A stretch of DNA of 64,000 nt from Chiloscyllium plagiosum (GCF_004010195.1 NC_057757.1:1359524-1423523); one strand, 5' to 3'; shown: positions 39,908 through 51,860, counted from the stretch's first letter. Translations and numbers: made by a program. The notes: generated by a model from the letters alone, not told the origin.

Positions 39908-39986
39908 ATGGACAAGACCCCATGCAAACTGCAAAAGGCATTAGTCTTATTCTGTTTGCTTTCTCCTGCAATTTCAGTGACAACAG
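39908..39986 (+). CDS. First coding exon (signal peptide) of a mucin-like gene: MDKTPCKLQKALVLFCLLSPAISVTT+G
   Basis: Strong Kozak context CAAAATGG; basic n-region, hydrophobic core ALVLFCLL, small-residue c-region; consensus phase-1 donor CAG|GTGAGT compatible with the downstream phase-1 exons. Confidence 0.75.
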
Positions 39987-40139
39987 GTGAGTGGTCATGT
40001 ACAACACTATTCAATGTCAAAGTGCACAGCAAGACAATGCTGTAGGGAAAGAAAGTCATTTACATTGCTTACCGAATACTTTTCAAGAGTATTTAATTAT
40101 CTAAAAATGAAGGAAGTTCAGAAGAGTTTGGATGGAATT

Positions 40140-42340
40140 CTAGACCAATGAGTCTCATACCAGTGGTCGGAAAACTATTCTGAATTAGTCTCATTTTGAG
40201 AGGCAAGGTTTGATCAGGGATAGTCAGCATGACTTTGTCAGAAGGAGGTCATACCTCATAAATCTGGTTAAGTTTTTGAAAAGGTGACAAAGTAATGCAG
40301 TGGTGTATAAGCATAGAAACTTAGAAAACAGATATAGATTTCAGCAAGGTTTTTAACAAGGTCTCACATGGGAGCTGATAATGAAGGTAAAAGCACATGG
40401 GATCCAGGGTAACTTGGCAATTTGGATCAAAATTGGCTAAGGTGACAGAGGGTGATGGTGGAAAGCTGTTTGTGTGACTGGAGACCGATGTCCAGTTGTG
40501 TACTGCAGGGATCAATGCTGGGTCCCTTATTGCTCATGATATATATAAATGTTATAAGTGAGAATGTGAGGGTGAGGAGAGTGGCATGAATAATTTTGTG
40601 GGTGATGTAAAGATCGGCTCGGTGGTTCACAGCGAGGAATAAAGTCTTAGTTATGTTAGGATTTAGATGAATTGGTCACCTGGGAATAAGTTATGAACTA
40701 GAATCTAATCAAGGGATTCTGGGTGGTTTATATATAGAATAACAGATATGGAGCATGAGTTACTGACTGGAATCTAATCGAGTGATTCAGGATGGTTTAT
40801 ATCTCGATTAACAGATTCCCTGGATGGAGTTACAGCCTGAAATCTAATTGACAGTTTTGGGATTGTTTATATAAAGAACATGAGATGCCTTGGAGGGATT
40901 TACAGACAGGAAGTTGATCAGGGGCGAGGTGGTTTCGGGATTGTCTGTGTAGAATAACAGATACCGGATGTAAGTTTTAACTGGAATTGAATTGAGGGGT
41001 TCGGGGTTGTTTATGTCTAGAATAACAGATACCTGGGAGGGAGTTACCAAGTAGAATCTAATCGAGAGGTTCAGGGTGGTTTATATATAGAATAACAGAT
41101 TGCTGGGAATGAGTTACAGACTGGAATCTAATCGAGGGGTTCGGGGTGGTCTATAATGTTATAGGGAGAAGCTGAATAGGCTGAGCTGTTTTCCCTGGAG
41201 TGTTGAAGGCTGAGAGATGAGCTTATAAAGATTTATAAAGTCATGAGGGGCATGGATGGGGTAAATAGACAAGGTATTTTCCCTGGGGTGTGGGAGTCCA
41301 GACCTAGAGGGCATAGGTTTAGGTTGAGAGGGGAAAGATATAAAAGGGACCTAACGGGCAACTTTTCACGCAGAGAGTGGTGCGTATGTGGAGTGAGCTG
41401 CCGGAGGAGGTGGTGGAGGCTGGTACAAATATTGCATTTAAAAGGCATCTGGATGGGTATATGAATAGGAAGGATATGGGTTTGGTGCTGGCAAATGGAA
41501 CTGGGTTAGGTTAGGATATCTGGTTGGCATGGACATGTTGGACCGAAGGGTCTGTTTTCATGCTGTACATCTCTGTGACTCCATGATCAGTGACAGATGG
41601 AATTTAATCCTGATAAGTTTTGGGTGATGCACTTTGGAAGAAGTAACAAGGAAGTACTCAATGAATGGTCAGACACTAGGAAAAACGGAGGGACGTGAGG
41701 ATCTTAGGGTGCTTTTCCACAAATTCCTGAAGGTTTTAGGGCAGGTTAATAAGGTAGAAAAGAAAGCATCCAGGACACTTGTCTGTATCAGTCAAAGCAC
41801 AGATTATATAAACAAGGAGGTCATGTTGGGGCTTTGGTGAGACCACAGCTGCAGAACTGTGTGCAGTGTGGTCACCAGACAAAAGAAAGATGTGATTGCA
41901 CTGGAGGTAATGCAGAGGAGATTTACCAGAACATTACCTAGGAAGGAGCATTTTAGCTATGAAGAGAGGTTGGATAAACTCAGGTTGGTTTCTTCAGAGC
42001 AGAGAAGGCTGAAGGGAATCTGATAGAGGTGTGTAAGATTGTGAGGGACATGGACAGGGAGAACAGGAAGCAGCTGTTCCCCTTAGTTGGAGGGTCAATA
42101 ACAATGGGGCGCATTTCTAATGTGAAAGGCAGGAGGTTTCAAGAGGAGTCGAGGAAAAGTGTTTTCAACCAGAGGACGTGGAGATCTGGAATGTACTGCA
42201 TCACAACATTTAAAAGGTATTTGGATGAACACGTGAATTATCATAACATTCAAAGTTATAGGCCAAGTGCTAGAAAGTGGGATCAGTGTAGTTTAGCTTA
42301 GTTTTGGCAGGATCTCTTCTGTACAATATGATTCTGTGAT
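40140..42340 (+). mobile_element. Old CR1 LINE interrupted by a satellite and a younger CR1 3' end (~41155-41587)
   Basis: DFSKVFNKVSH, QGSMLGPLL, QMEFNPDKF, RPRGHRFRL. Confidence 0.75.
40680..41152. repeat. ~70-bp tandem repeat, ~7 degenerate copies
   Basis: GAATCTAATC-like anchors at 40701, 40770, 40840, 40910, 40984, 41054 and 41124; unit ~TATATAGAATAACAGATACCTGGGAGTGAGTTACAGACTGGAATCTAATCGAGGGGTTCGGGGTGGTT. Confidence 0.85.
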
Positions 42341-42489
42341 TAAATTGAGGAAGGAGACTCACTTAACGGAATAATGCCCACAGGTGACAGAGCAACTGCT
42401 GGAGATATTCCAAAAGATTCCATAAGCTATTTGGGGAGCACAAATGAAGTAGACACATGCACCAAACACATTAGCGGACATTAGGGAAT

Positions 42490-45400
42490 CAATTGGAGGG
42501 CACAGTCTTCCCTGGGAATATGTCCAGGGAAGTTATATGGGTGGAACTGCGAAATAAGAAAGGGATGATCACCTTATTGGGATTGTGTTATAGACTCCCC
42601 AGTAGTCAGCAGGAATTTGAGAAACAACTTTATAAGGATATTTCAGTTATCTGCAAGAATAATAGGGTGGTAATGGTGGGGGATTTTAACTTTCCAAACG
42701 TTGACTGCGACTACCATTGTGTTAAGGGTTTTAATGGAAATGAATTTGTGAAGTGTGTACATAAAAACTTTCTGATTCAGTATGTGGATGTACTGACTAT
42801 AGAAGGTGCAAAGTTTGAGCTAGACTTGGGAAATAAGGCAGGGCAGGTGACTGAGGTGTCAGTGGGGAGGCACTTTAGGGCCAGTGACCATAATTCTATT
42901 AATTTTGAAATAGTGATGGAACAGGATAGACCAGATCTAAAAGTTGAAGTTCTACATTAGAGGAAGGCCAATTTTGACGATATTTAGCAAGAACTTTTAA
43001 AGGTAGATTGGGCATGGATGTTTGCAGGTAAAGGGACGGCAGGAAAATAGAAAGGCGTCAAATATGAAATAACAAAAGTCCAGGAACAGTATGTTCCTTT
43101 TATGGTAAAAGGCAAAGCTGATAGGTGTAGCGAATGCTGAATGACTAGAGAAATTGAGGTTTATGTTAAGAAAAAGAAGGAAGCATATGTCAGGTATGGA
43201 CAGCAGAAAATCGATTAATCCATAGAACAATATAACGGCAGTAGGAGTATAGTTAAGAGGGAAGTCAAGATGGCAAAAAGGGGACATGACATCCCTTTGG
43301 CAAATTAAGGAGGATTATGTTAAAGAGGATCGAAAGGAATTTTATAAATTACATTAAGGAGAAAAGGGTAACTATGAAGAGAATAGGGCCTTTCAAAGAT
43401 CAGCAAGACAGCCTATGTGTGGAGCTGCAAGAGATGGGGGAGATACTAAACAAGTATTTTGTGTTAGTGTTTACTGTGGAGAAGGCCATGGAAGATCTAG
43501 AATGTGGGGACATAGATGGTAACATCCTGAAAAACGTCCATATGTTAGATGTGGAGGTGCTGGATGTCTTAAAGTGTGTAATGGTGTATAAATCCCCAGA
43601 ACCTGATCAGGGGAAGCTAGTGAAGTGATTGCTGGGCCCTTTGCTGAGATATTTGTATCATCGATAGTCACAGGTGATGTGCCGGAAAACTGGAGGTTGG
43701 CTAAAGTGGTGTCACTATTTAAGAAAGGTGGTAAGGACAAGCCAGGGAACTATAGACCAGTGAGCCTGACATCGCTGGTATGCAAGCTGTTGGATGGAAT
43801 CCTGCGGGACAGGATTTACACGCATTTGGAAAGGCAAGGTCTGATTAGGAATACTGATTTGGCTTTGTGCATGGAAAATCATGTCTCACTAACTTGCTTG
43901 AGTTTTGTGAAGAAGTAACAAAGAGGATTGATGAGGGCAGAGCGGTGGATGTGATCTATATGGACTTCAGTAAGGCGTTTGACAAGCTTCCTTGTGGGAG
44001 ACTGGTCAGCAATGTTAAATGACATGGAATATAAGGAGAACTAGCCATATGGATACAGAACTGGCTCGAAGGTAGAAGAGAGAGGGTGGTGGCAGAGGGT
44101 TGCTTTTCTGACTGGAGGCCTGTGACCAGTGGTGTGTCACAAGGATCGGTGCTGGGTCCACTGCTTTTCATCATTTATTTAAATGATTTGGATGAGATAT
44201 AGTTAGTAAATTTGCAGATGACATCAGAATTGGAGGTGTAGTGGATAGCGAAGAAGGTGACCTCCAAGTACAATGGGATATAGATCAGATGGGCCAATGG
44301 GCTGAGGAGTGGCAGATGGAGTTTAATTTAGATAAATGGGAGGTGCTGCATTTTGAAAAAGCAAATCAGAGCAGGACTTATACACTTAATGGTAAGGTCC
44401 TGGGGAGTGTTGCTGAACAAAGAGACCTTGGAGTTCAGGTTCATAGTTCCTTGAAAATGGAGTAGATAGGATCATGAAGAAGGCATTTGCGATATTTTTC
44501 TTTATTGGTCAGACCATTGAATATAAGAGTTGGGAGGTCATGTTATGGCTGTGCAAGATATTGGTTCGGCCACTTGTGGAATATTGTGTTCAATTCTGCC
44601 CTCCCTCCTATAGGAAGGATAATATGAAACTTGAAAGGGTTCAGAAAAGATTAACAAGGATGTTGCCAAGTTTGGAGGATTTGAGCTGTAGGAAGAATAG
44701 ATTGGAGCTGTTTTCCCTGGAGCGTCGGAGCCTGAGGGGTGACCTTATAGAGGTTTATAAAATCATGAGGATGGATAGAGTAAATAGATAAAGTCTTTTC
44801 CTTAGGGTGGGGAAATCCAGAACTGGAGGACATTAAGTTTATGGTGAGAGGGGAAAGATTTAAAAGAGACCTAAGGGGCAATTTTTTCACGCAGAAGGTG
44901 GTACGTGTATGGAATGAGCTGCCAGAGGAAGTGGTGGAGGCTGGTACAATTACGTCATTTTAAAAGGCATCTGGATAGGTACAGAGGAACCTCAATTATC
45001 TGAATATCAATTATCCAAATTTCGGATTATCCGAAGGTGATCTCAAGGTCCCGATAGAAACATTATGTCAAAGGGCTGTTTCAACCCTGATCGCATCTTT
45101 TGTTTGCAGGTACAATGATTTAAAACAAACTTGGGTCACTGAAATGCTGTCGAGAACAGCCCTGGACAGTCCAGGCACCGTCTCTAAATGACTGATGTCC
45201 TGCCTTCTCTCTCTCCCCCCACACTTTCCATGGAGTTCTACATAGGGGTGAACCCTAAACCCCCCCTTCCCAGATAATTTCTTCAACATTGTCCTGTACA
45301 GGGCATAGGTGGAACCGGTCAAAAAGTTGCAGTAAAAAGTTGTGTGCGTGTGCACATGTGTGTGAGTGTGAGTGTGTATATGCTATTTGGAGACATACCC

Positions 45401-45880
45401 CACAAAGGCAGCAGCAGTATTACTGTTGGTGTCCAAACCAGCTGCCCCGGAGGGGGGTGGGAGGGGTCAGCTGGGGTTAGGGACGCGGACGGGGGTTGGA
45501 CGGTGGCTTAGGGGGAATAGTGGTGCGGGATTGGGGGGCAGGCAGGGGCAGACGGAGTTGGGGGGGGGCAGGGGTGGGGTTGGGGGGGCGGGGGCTTGTG
45601 TGCTGTGTGCTGCTGCCTAGTCTCCTGAACGGGGAACAGACTTCACAGAAAACTCCGAGCCCAAGAGGGAATCAATTAACCGAATAATCAATTATCCGAA
45701 TGAAATAGTGCCCGCTCATCTCGTTCGGATAATTGAGGTTTCTCTGTATTGAATAGGAAGGGTTTAGAAGGAATATGGACCAAGTGCTGGTAAATGGAAC
45801 TAGAATAATTTAGGACAGCTGTTCGGCATGGACCAAAGGGTCTGTTTCTGTGCTGTGTACGTCTGTGACTCTATGACTAT
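42490..45880 (+). mobile_element. CR1 LINE, most of ORF2 (APE endonuclease + RT), disrupted
   Basis: EVIWVEL..MVGDFNFPNVD..SDHNSI; PGNYRPVSLTS; YMDFSKAFDK; KFADD; 3' tail CTCTATGACTATG. Confidence 0.9.
44982..45746. mobile_element. Tc1/mariner-type MITE, TIRs related to the 26669 element
   Basis: 23-bp TIRs CAGAGGAACCTCAATTATCTGAA / TTCGGATAATTGAGGTTTCTCTG, TA on both sides, inserted in the CR1 3' end; G-rich interior. Confidence 0.85.
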
Positions 45881-46259
45881 GAGATTTGGAGATGGAAAAG
45901 GTCCCTGCTTGAGAATCATAAAGAGAAGAGGAAGCAATACAGATCCAGTATGGGCATTTGGAGAAAATGATCCAACCGAGCATTTAATTGGAACTAGGTT
46001 AACACCTCATTTGGAAGGCAGACCTATCACAATACTGCATACTAGTATCGACTGTATTGGACGAGAGTTGGTGTCCATTAGTTGTCAAACTTTTCTTAAT
46101 CTTTTATTGGCTGTGAGTCACATTGGTAAGGCCACATGTTATTCTCAATCCCTAGCTGCCTTTGCGATGGTTGTGGAGAGCTATTTGAATTGCCCGAAAT
46201 GTTGATTTTCCTGCTCCTTGGATAAAGAACTGGTTGAGCAACTGGAGACAGAGAGTAGT

Positions 46260-46542
46260 AGTTGAAGGGAGTTTCTTGAAATGGAGAAAGGCAATTCAAT
46301 CATAGGACAAGCTAGAGAATTCCTAGAAACATGGAACTCATCCGTGGACTCTATCAACAAGCACATAGATCCAATATACTGGCACTACAACCAGAACCAG
46401 CAACCAGAAGCAGCAGAAATGAAACCAAATAAATTCCAAAAGGCACAGTACAGCAGCACTTCACAGGAGGGTTGAGGATGTCACCTGGACATGGGACGAA
46501 ACCTCTGCAAATTAACTTCCCAGCTCAACGAATATACCCACA
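46260..46542 (+). mobile_element. Penelope-like element 3' end (second family)
   Basis: IIGQAREFLETWNSS..SINKHID translation; degenerate TGAGGA..GAAAC core near 46473-46502. Confidence 0.7.
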
Positions 46543-46653
46543 ATGACGACAACTAATGTGATATTTAAGAGGAATATCGACAACAGCACAGTATCCACAT
46601 TAACCAGCAGTCCAGGGTTTCAATCACATCTGCAGAGACTTCAACATCAGGAC
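46540..46653 (+). pseudogene. Diverged, dead paralog of the mucin cassette exon
   Basis: ACAATGACGACAACT...TCAACATCAGGAC|ATAAATGGGAGACATTGTGGCCTAT aligns with the exon and donor of the array. Donor GT lost, acceptor replaced by Penelope, internal frameshift. Confidence 0.6.
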
Positions 46654-46696
46654 ATAAATGGGAGACATTGTGGCCTATTGGCTCAATTTTTAATTA

Positions 46697-47003
46697 GATT
46701 TAGATTTGATTCCCTGCAGTGTGGAAACAAGCCCTTCAGCCCAACAAGTCCACACTAACTCTCTGAAGAGCAATTCACCCAGACCCATTTCCCTCTGACT
46801 AATGTACCTAACACTATGGGCAATTTAGCATGGCCAATTCACCTAACCTGCACAATCTTTGGACTGTGGGAGAAAACCAGAGCATCCGGAGGAGACCCAC
46901 GCTGACACGGGGAGAATGTGCAAACAGACAGTTGCCTGAGGCTGGAATTGAACCTGGGACTCTGGTGCTATTAGGCAGCAGTGCGAACTACTGAGCCACC
47001 GTG
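46697..47003 (-). mobile_element. HE1-type V-SINE
   Basis: Same structure as 22695-23027. Confidence 0.85.
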
Positions 47004-47895
47004 TTGACGGGGGAAGGAAAGAAATTGAAAATTTTGTTCTTGGAGGGCAGTTCTGGATCTGGCATCCGTGGGAAAACTTGTAGATTCCATTAGTACTGCA
47101 GGGAGAGTGGAATAGAAAATGTGCTTTCACACCTTTATGACTCTAGTTACCTTTAATGGGCTTGCCAAAGTGCCTAACCCAGAGTGACAGTTAGCATTTC
47201 GTTTCCAGAGAAAGTGCACCGGACATGAGCGTTTTAATGTGAAGTAGTTCGGATTGCTCCAGAACGTAACAGCATAAGTGACAGCAGGAGGATGAGGCCA
47301 TTCAGCCCATCTAGCCTGGTCTATCAAAAATGAAATTGTGTCTTAACTTTCTTCAGCTCTACCTCCCTGGACTATTAATACACACTTGATGTTAATAATA
47401 TATAGAAATATTTTGATTATAGACTTGAACATACTCAGTGACTGATCCTTCTACACTCAGATGCATGGTGTGCACAAAAGATGAATCATTTTCTGAGTAA
47501 AAACATTTCTCCTCGAATTTCTCTTGAATTTGTATAGAATGATCCATTGTCCTTGACCCCCCTCCAGTAGAATTATCTTTCCAGTGTTGATCGAATGGAA
47601 AGTATGTATGTCAGAATGTACAAATTGGGCTTTTCTGAAAGATGACATGTGGCACTGTAGTCCTCCCTCAGCCAATATGATGCAGCCTGGATTTATGCAA
47701 GCTCAGTCTGGATTTGGGGTTTCTGTCTGGAGGAGTGTAAGAGATGCACAATTCCCTTTCCATTTGTAACAAATGGAAATTGACATCAAACCATAGCACT
47801 GAACGGAATGTGATTCTGATGTGGAAAGAGAATGAAATGGATGAAGGAAATGTATTCAGTATAAAATCTGACACCATGAAAATTATCTTAAACAG

Positions 47896-48009
47896 AAACA
47901 AAGACAACAACTGAGGACTCGACAATGGAGTCTACTTCAGTGGACACAACAGTGGTAACCATCAGTTCAAATCCTACCCTGACATCCACTGATGTTTCAA
48001 CATCAGGAG
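47896..48009 (+). pseudogene. Ser/Thr-rich cassette exon copy 1, donor mutated: ETKTTTEDSTMESTSVDTTVVTISSNPTLTSTDVSTSG
   Basis: Branch CTGAC 47868-72, acceptor AAACAG|, open frame, but the donor reads G|GAAAGT instead of GTAAGT. Confidence 0.6.
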
Positions 48010-49224
48010 GAAAGTGGCAGACATTGTGACCTATCATGAGAACATATCCAACTTTAATTATTCTGTACAACTGTGCACGATCACTTCACCTGTAATTTGT
48101 CTTGCCCTATTTTAATAGAGCATAACTGATTTATTGGAAACAATTAAACTTGCAGAGGGCAGGGGTTTCTGAGGTATTGCCAATGTTTAACAGAGTGAGC
48201 AATGGGAGCTAATTTATGAATATTATGATTACTTAGAAAACAAGGAAGTAATAGCTAGAATGGATACTTTCTCTTCTTGATGATGTTTAGGGGGTGGAGG
48301 TTAGCCCAGGACACTATCAATGGTTCAACTGCTTTTGGACAAATAACACAGTTAAATCCAATTCTCCCACAAGTGACTATGGAAGCATTGACAAAGTAAT
48401 GTCACTTTGGAGAGTTTATATTTCAGCACTCCCTCTGCATTGCTGACCCCCAGCCTGGATCTGCTGGAAGTAACTCTGGGGTCGACTTAATGACCTTTCG
48501 ACTGAGTATTTTGCAAGTGCCTGTCCTGAAAAGAGTGACAGTTACCATTTTATTCCCAGAGAAGGTGCACCGGACGTGTGCGTTTTAGTGTAAAGCAGTC
48601 AGGATTGCTCCAGAACATCAGAGCATACGTGACAGGAGGAGGACAAGGCCATTCAACCTGTCTAGCCTGTTCTATCAAAAATAAAATTGTGTCTTTCCTT
48701 TCTTCAATGCTAGGTCCCTGGACTATTGCTGCAGCACTTGATGTTATTAATATATAGAAATATTTTGATCACAATCTTGAACACACTCAGTGACTGAGCC
48801 TTCTGCACTTAATTGCATTCATCATCTTCTGACTAAAACATTTCTCCTAGTCTTTGTCCTGAATTTGTCGAGAATGTTCCCTTCTCCTTGACCCCACTCC
48901 AGTGGAATTATCTTTCCAATGTTTACCTATTTGAAAGTATGAATGTTAGAATGTACAAATTGGACTTTTCTGAAAGATGAACTGTAGTCCTCCATCAGCC
49001 AACCTATGGTGCAGCCTGGATTTGTACAAACTCAGTCTGGGTCTTGGGTTTCAGCCTGGAGGAGTGTAAGAGTTGCACAATTCCCTTTCCATTTGTGACA
49101 GATGGAAATTGACATCAACCCATAGCATTGAATGGAATATGATTCTGATGTGGAAACAGGATGAAATGAATGAAGAAAATGCATTCAATATAAAACCTGA
49201 CCCCATGAAAATTATCTTAAACAG

Positions 49225-49338
49225 ACACTAAGACAACAACTGGGGACTCGACAATGGAGTCTACATCAGTGGACACAACAGTGACAACCATCGGCTCAAA
49301 TCCTACCCTGACACCCACTGATCCGTCAACATCAGGAG
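49225..49338 (+). CDS. Cassette exon 2: DTKTTTGDSTMESTSVDTTVTTIGSNPTLTPTDPSTSG
   Basis: 114 nt, CAG| ... G|GTAAAT, phase 1-1, open. Confidence 0.8.
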
Positions 49339-49512
49339 GTAAATGGCAGACATCATGACCTATAGTTAGAACATATCCAACTGTAATTATTCTCTGAGAG
49401 ATTGTATACGATGACGTCACCTGCAATTTGTCTTACCCTAATTTGAATTCAGAGCATTACTAATTTATTGTAAACAATAAAACTTCCAGTGTGTGGAGTT
49501 TCTGAGGTATCG

Positions 49513-49677
49513 ACGTTTCGGGCATAAGCCCTTCTTCAGGAATCAGGGTCCTGAAGAAGGGCTTATGCCCGAAACGTCGATTCTCCTGTTCCTTTGATGC
49601 TGCCTGACCTGCTGCACTTTTCTAGCAACACATTTTTAAGCTCTGATTTCCAGCATCTGCAGTCCTCACTTTCTCCT
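49513..49677. mobile_element. Penelope-derived palindromic insertion with hammerhead-like cores and 16-bp TSD
   Basis: TSD AGTTTCTGAGGTATCG at 49497-49512 and 49678-49693; perfect 33-bp inverted arms 49509-49541 and 49549-49581. Confidence 0.85.
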
Positions 49678-50223
49678 AGTTTCTGAGGTATCGTCGATGT
49701 TTAACAAAGCGAGCGATAGGAGCCAATTTATGAACATCAAGATTACTTCAAAAACAAAGAACAAAGAGATAGAATGGATACACTTTCTTCTTGATGACAT
49801 TTAGGGAATGAAGATTAGCCCAGGACAATATCAACAGTTCAACTGCTTTTGAACCAATAACACAGTTAGATCCAATCCTCCCACAAGAGACTATGGAAGC
49901 AATCACAAAGTAATGTCACTTTGGAGAGCCAATATTGCAGCACTCCCTCTGCATTGCTGATCTCCAGCCTGGATCTGCTGACTGTAACTCTTGGGTTGAG
50001 TTAATGAGCTTCTGACTGAGTTTTATGCGCTCACCTCACAGCACAGAGAGACTCCCAATGTAATAAGCTTGCCAATGAGCCTGTCCTGAACAGTGAGACA
50101 GATACCATTTATTTCCAGGGCAAGTGCACCGGACATGAGTGTTGCAATGTACATCAGTCAGGATTGCTACAGAACATAAGAGCATAAGTGACAGCAGGAG
50201 GATGAGGCTATTCAGCTTATCTA

Positions 50224-51388
50224 TGAAGTGGTTGTAGATGAAAAGTATTCTGCCTGGAGGTCAGTGGTGAGTGATGTCCTGGAGGGCTCTGCTCTTGGGC
50301 CTCTGCTCTTTGTAGTTTTTAGAAATGACTTTATGAGGAAGTTGAGGGGTGGGTTTATAAATTTGCTGATGACACAAAGGTTGGAGGCGCCGTTGATAGT
50401 ATCGAAATCTGCTGCAGGCTGCAGCGCAACATAGACAGGATGCAGAGGTGGGCTGAGAAATGACAAATGGAGTTCAACCTGGATAAATGCAAAGTGATGC
50501 ATTTTGGAAGGTCGAACTTGAATGCAGAATATACGATTAAAGACAGGATTCTTGGCAGTGTGGAGGAACAGCGGAATCTTGGTGTTCAAGTGCATAGATC
50601 CCTCAAACTTGCCACCCAAGTGGATATGGTTGTCAAGAAAGCATGTGATGTTTTGGCTTTCAGTAACAGGGGGATTGAGTTTAAGAACTGCGAGGTTTTG
50701 CTGCAGCTCTGCAAAACCCTAGTGAGATCGCACTTGAAATATTGTGTCCAGTTCTAATCGCCCTATTATACGAAAGATGTGGAGACTTTGGAGAGGGCGC
50801 AAAGAAGGTTTACCAGGATGCTGCCTGGACTGGAGTTGAAGTCACCTAATACAACAACCCTGCTATATCTGCATTTTTCCAAAATCTGCCCGCCTATGAT
50901 TAATTATCCTCCCTACTGCTATTAGTGGATCTGTTGAAGAGAGGTTGACTAAGCTCAGACTTTTGTCTCTGAAGAGAAGGAGGAAGAAAGATGACCTGAT
51001 CAAGGTGTACAAGGTAATGAGAGGCATGGACAATAGCACTAAACAGAGTGTGATTCTGGTGTGGAAACAGGTTGAAATGAATGAAGCCAGAGACTTTTCT
51101 CCAGGTCAGGATTCACTGCCACGAGGGGTCATAGTTTTAAGGTGTTGGGAGGGAGGTCGAGAGGAGACGTCAGAGGTAGTTTCTTTATGCAGAGAGTTGT
51201 GAATGCATGGAATGTGTTGTCAGTGTTGGTGGTGGAAGTAGAGTCATTAGGGACATTGAAGCGATTGCTGAACATGAACATGGGTGCGTTGGTTAGGTTA
51301 TTTCATTTTAAATTAGGATTAATCCTCGGCACAACATCATGGGCCAAAGGACCTGTTCTGTGCTGTACTTTTCTATGTTCTATGTTCC
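50224..51388 (+). mobile_element. CR1 LINE 3' part inserted into the intron before exon copy 3
   Basis: MEFNLDKCKVMHFG..IKDRILGSVEEQRNLG; (TTCTATG) tail; same subfamily as 30594-32535. Confidence 0.9.
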
Positions 51389-51746
51389 ATATTCTCATGT
51401 TCCGTTGTCCTTAACCCCACTCCAGTGGAATTATCTTTCCAATGTTGATCCAGTGGAAGTCAGAATATGCAAATTGGGCTTTTTTGAAAGATGACATGTG
51501 GCACTGCAGTCCTCCCTCAGCCAACCTACAGTGCAGCCTGGATTTGTGCAAGCTCAGTCTGGGTCTGGGGTTTCAGTCTGGAGGAGTGTAAGAGATGCAG
51601 AATTCCACTTCTGTTTGTAACAAATGGAAATTGACATCAAACCATAGCACTAAACAGAGTGTGATTCTGGTGTGGAAACAGGTTGAAATGAATGAAGAAA
51701 ATATATTCAGTATAAAATCTGACACCATGTAAATTATCTTAAACAG

Positions 51747-51860
51747 AAACAAAGGCAACAACTGAGGACTTGACAATGGAGTCTACATCAGTAGACACTA
51801 CAGTGGCAAACATCAGCTCAAATCCTACCCTGACATCTATAGATCCATCAACATCAGGAG
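51747..51860 (+). CDS. Cassette exon 3: ETKATTEDLTMESTSVDTTVANISSNPTLTSIDPSTSG
   Basis: 114 nt, CAG| ... G|GTAAAT, open; has gained an N-I-S sequon. Confidence 0.8.

Noticed and set aside
45828..46205. 125-aa ORF (and an open stretch at ~42345-42485) as extra exons of the mucin-like gene
   Set aside because: Starts in a CR1 tail, no recognisable domain, no convincing splice-site pair.
48291..48395. Phase 0-0 reading GVEVSPGHYQWFNCFWTNNTVK... of the second segment
   Set aside because: Stops in units 2, 4 and 8, and incompatible with the phase-1 neighbours.
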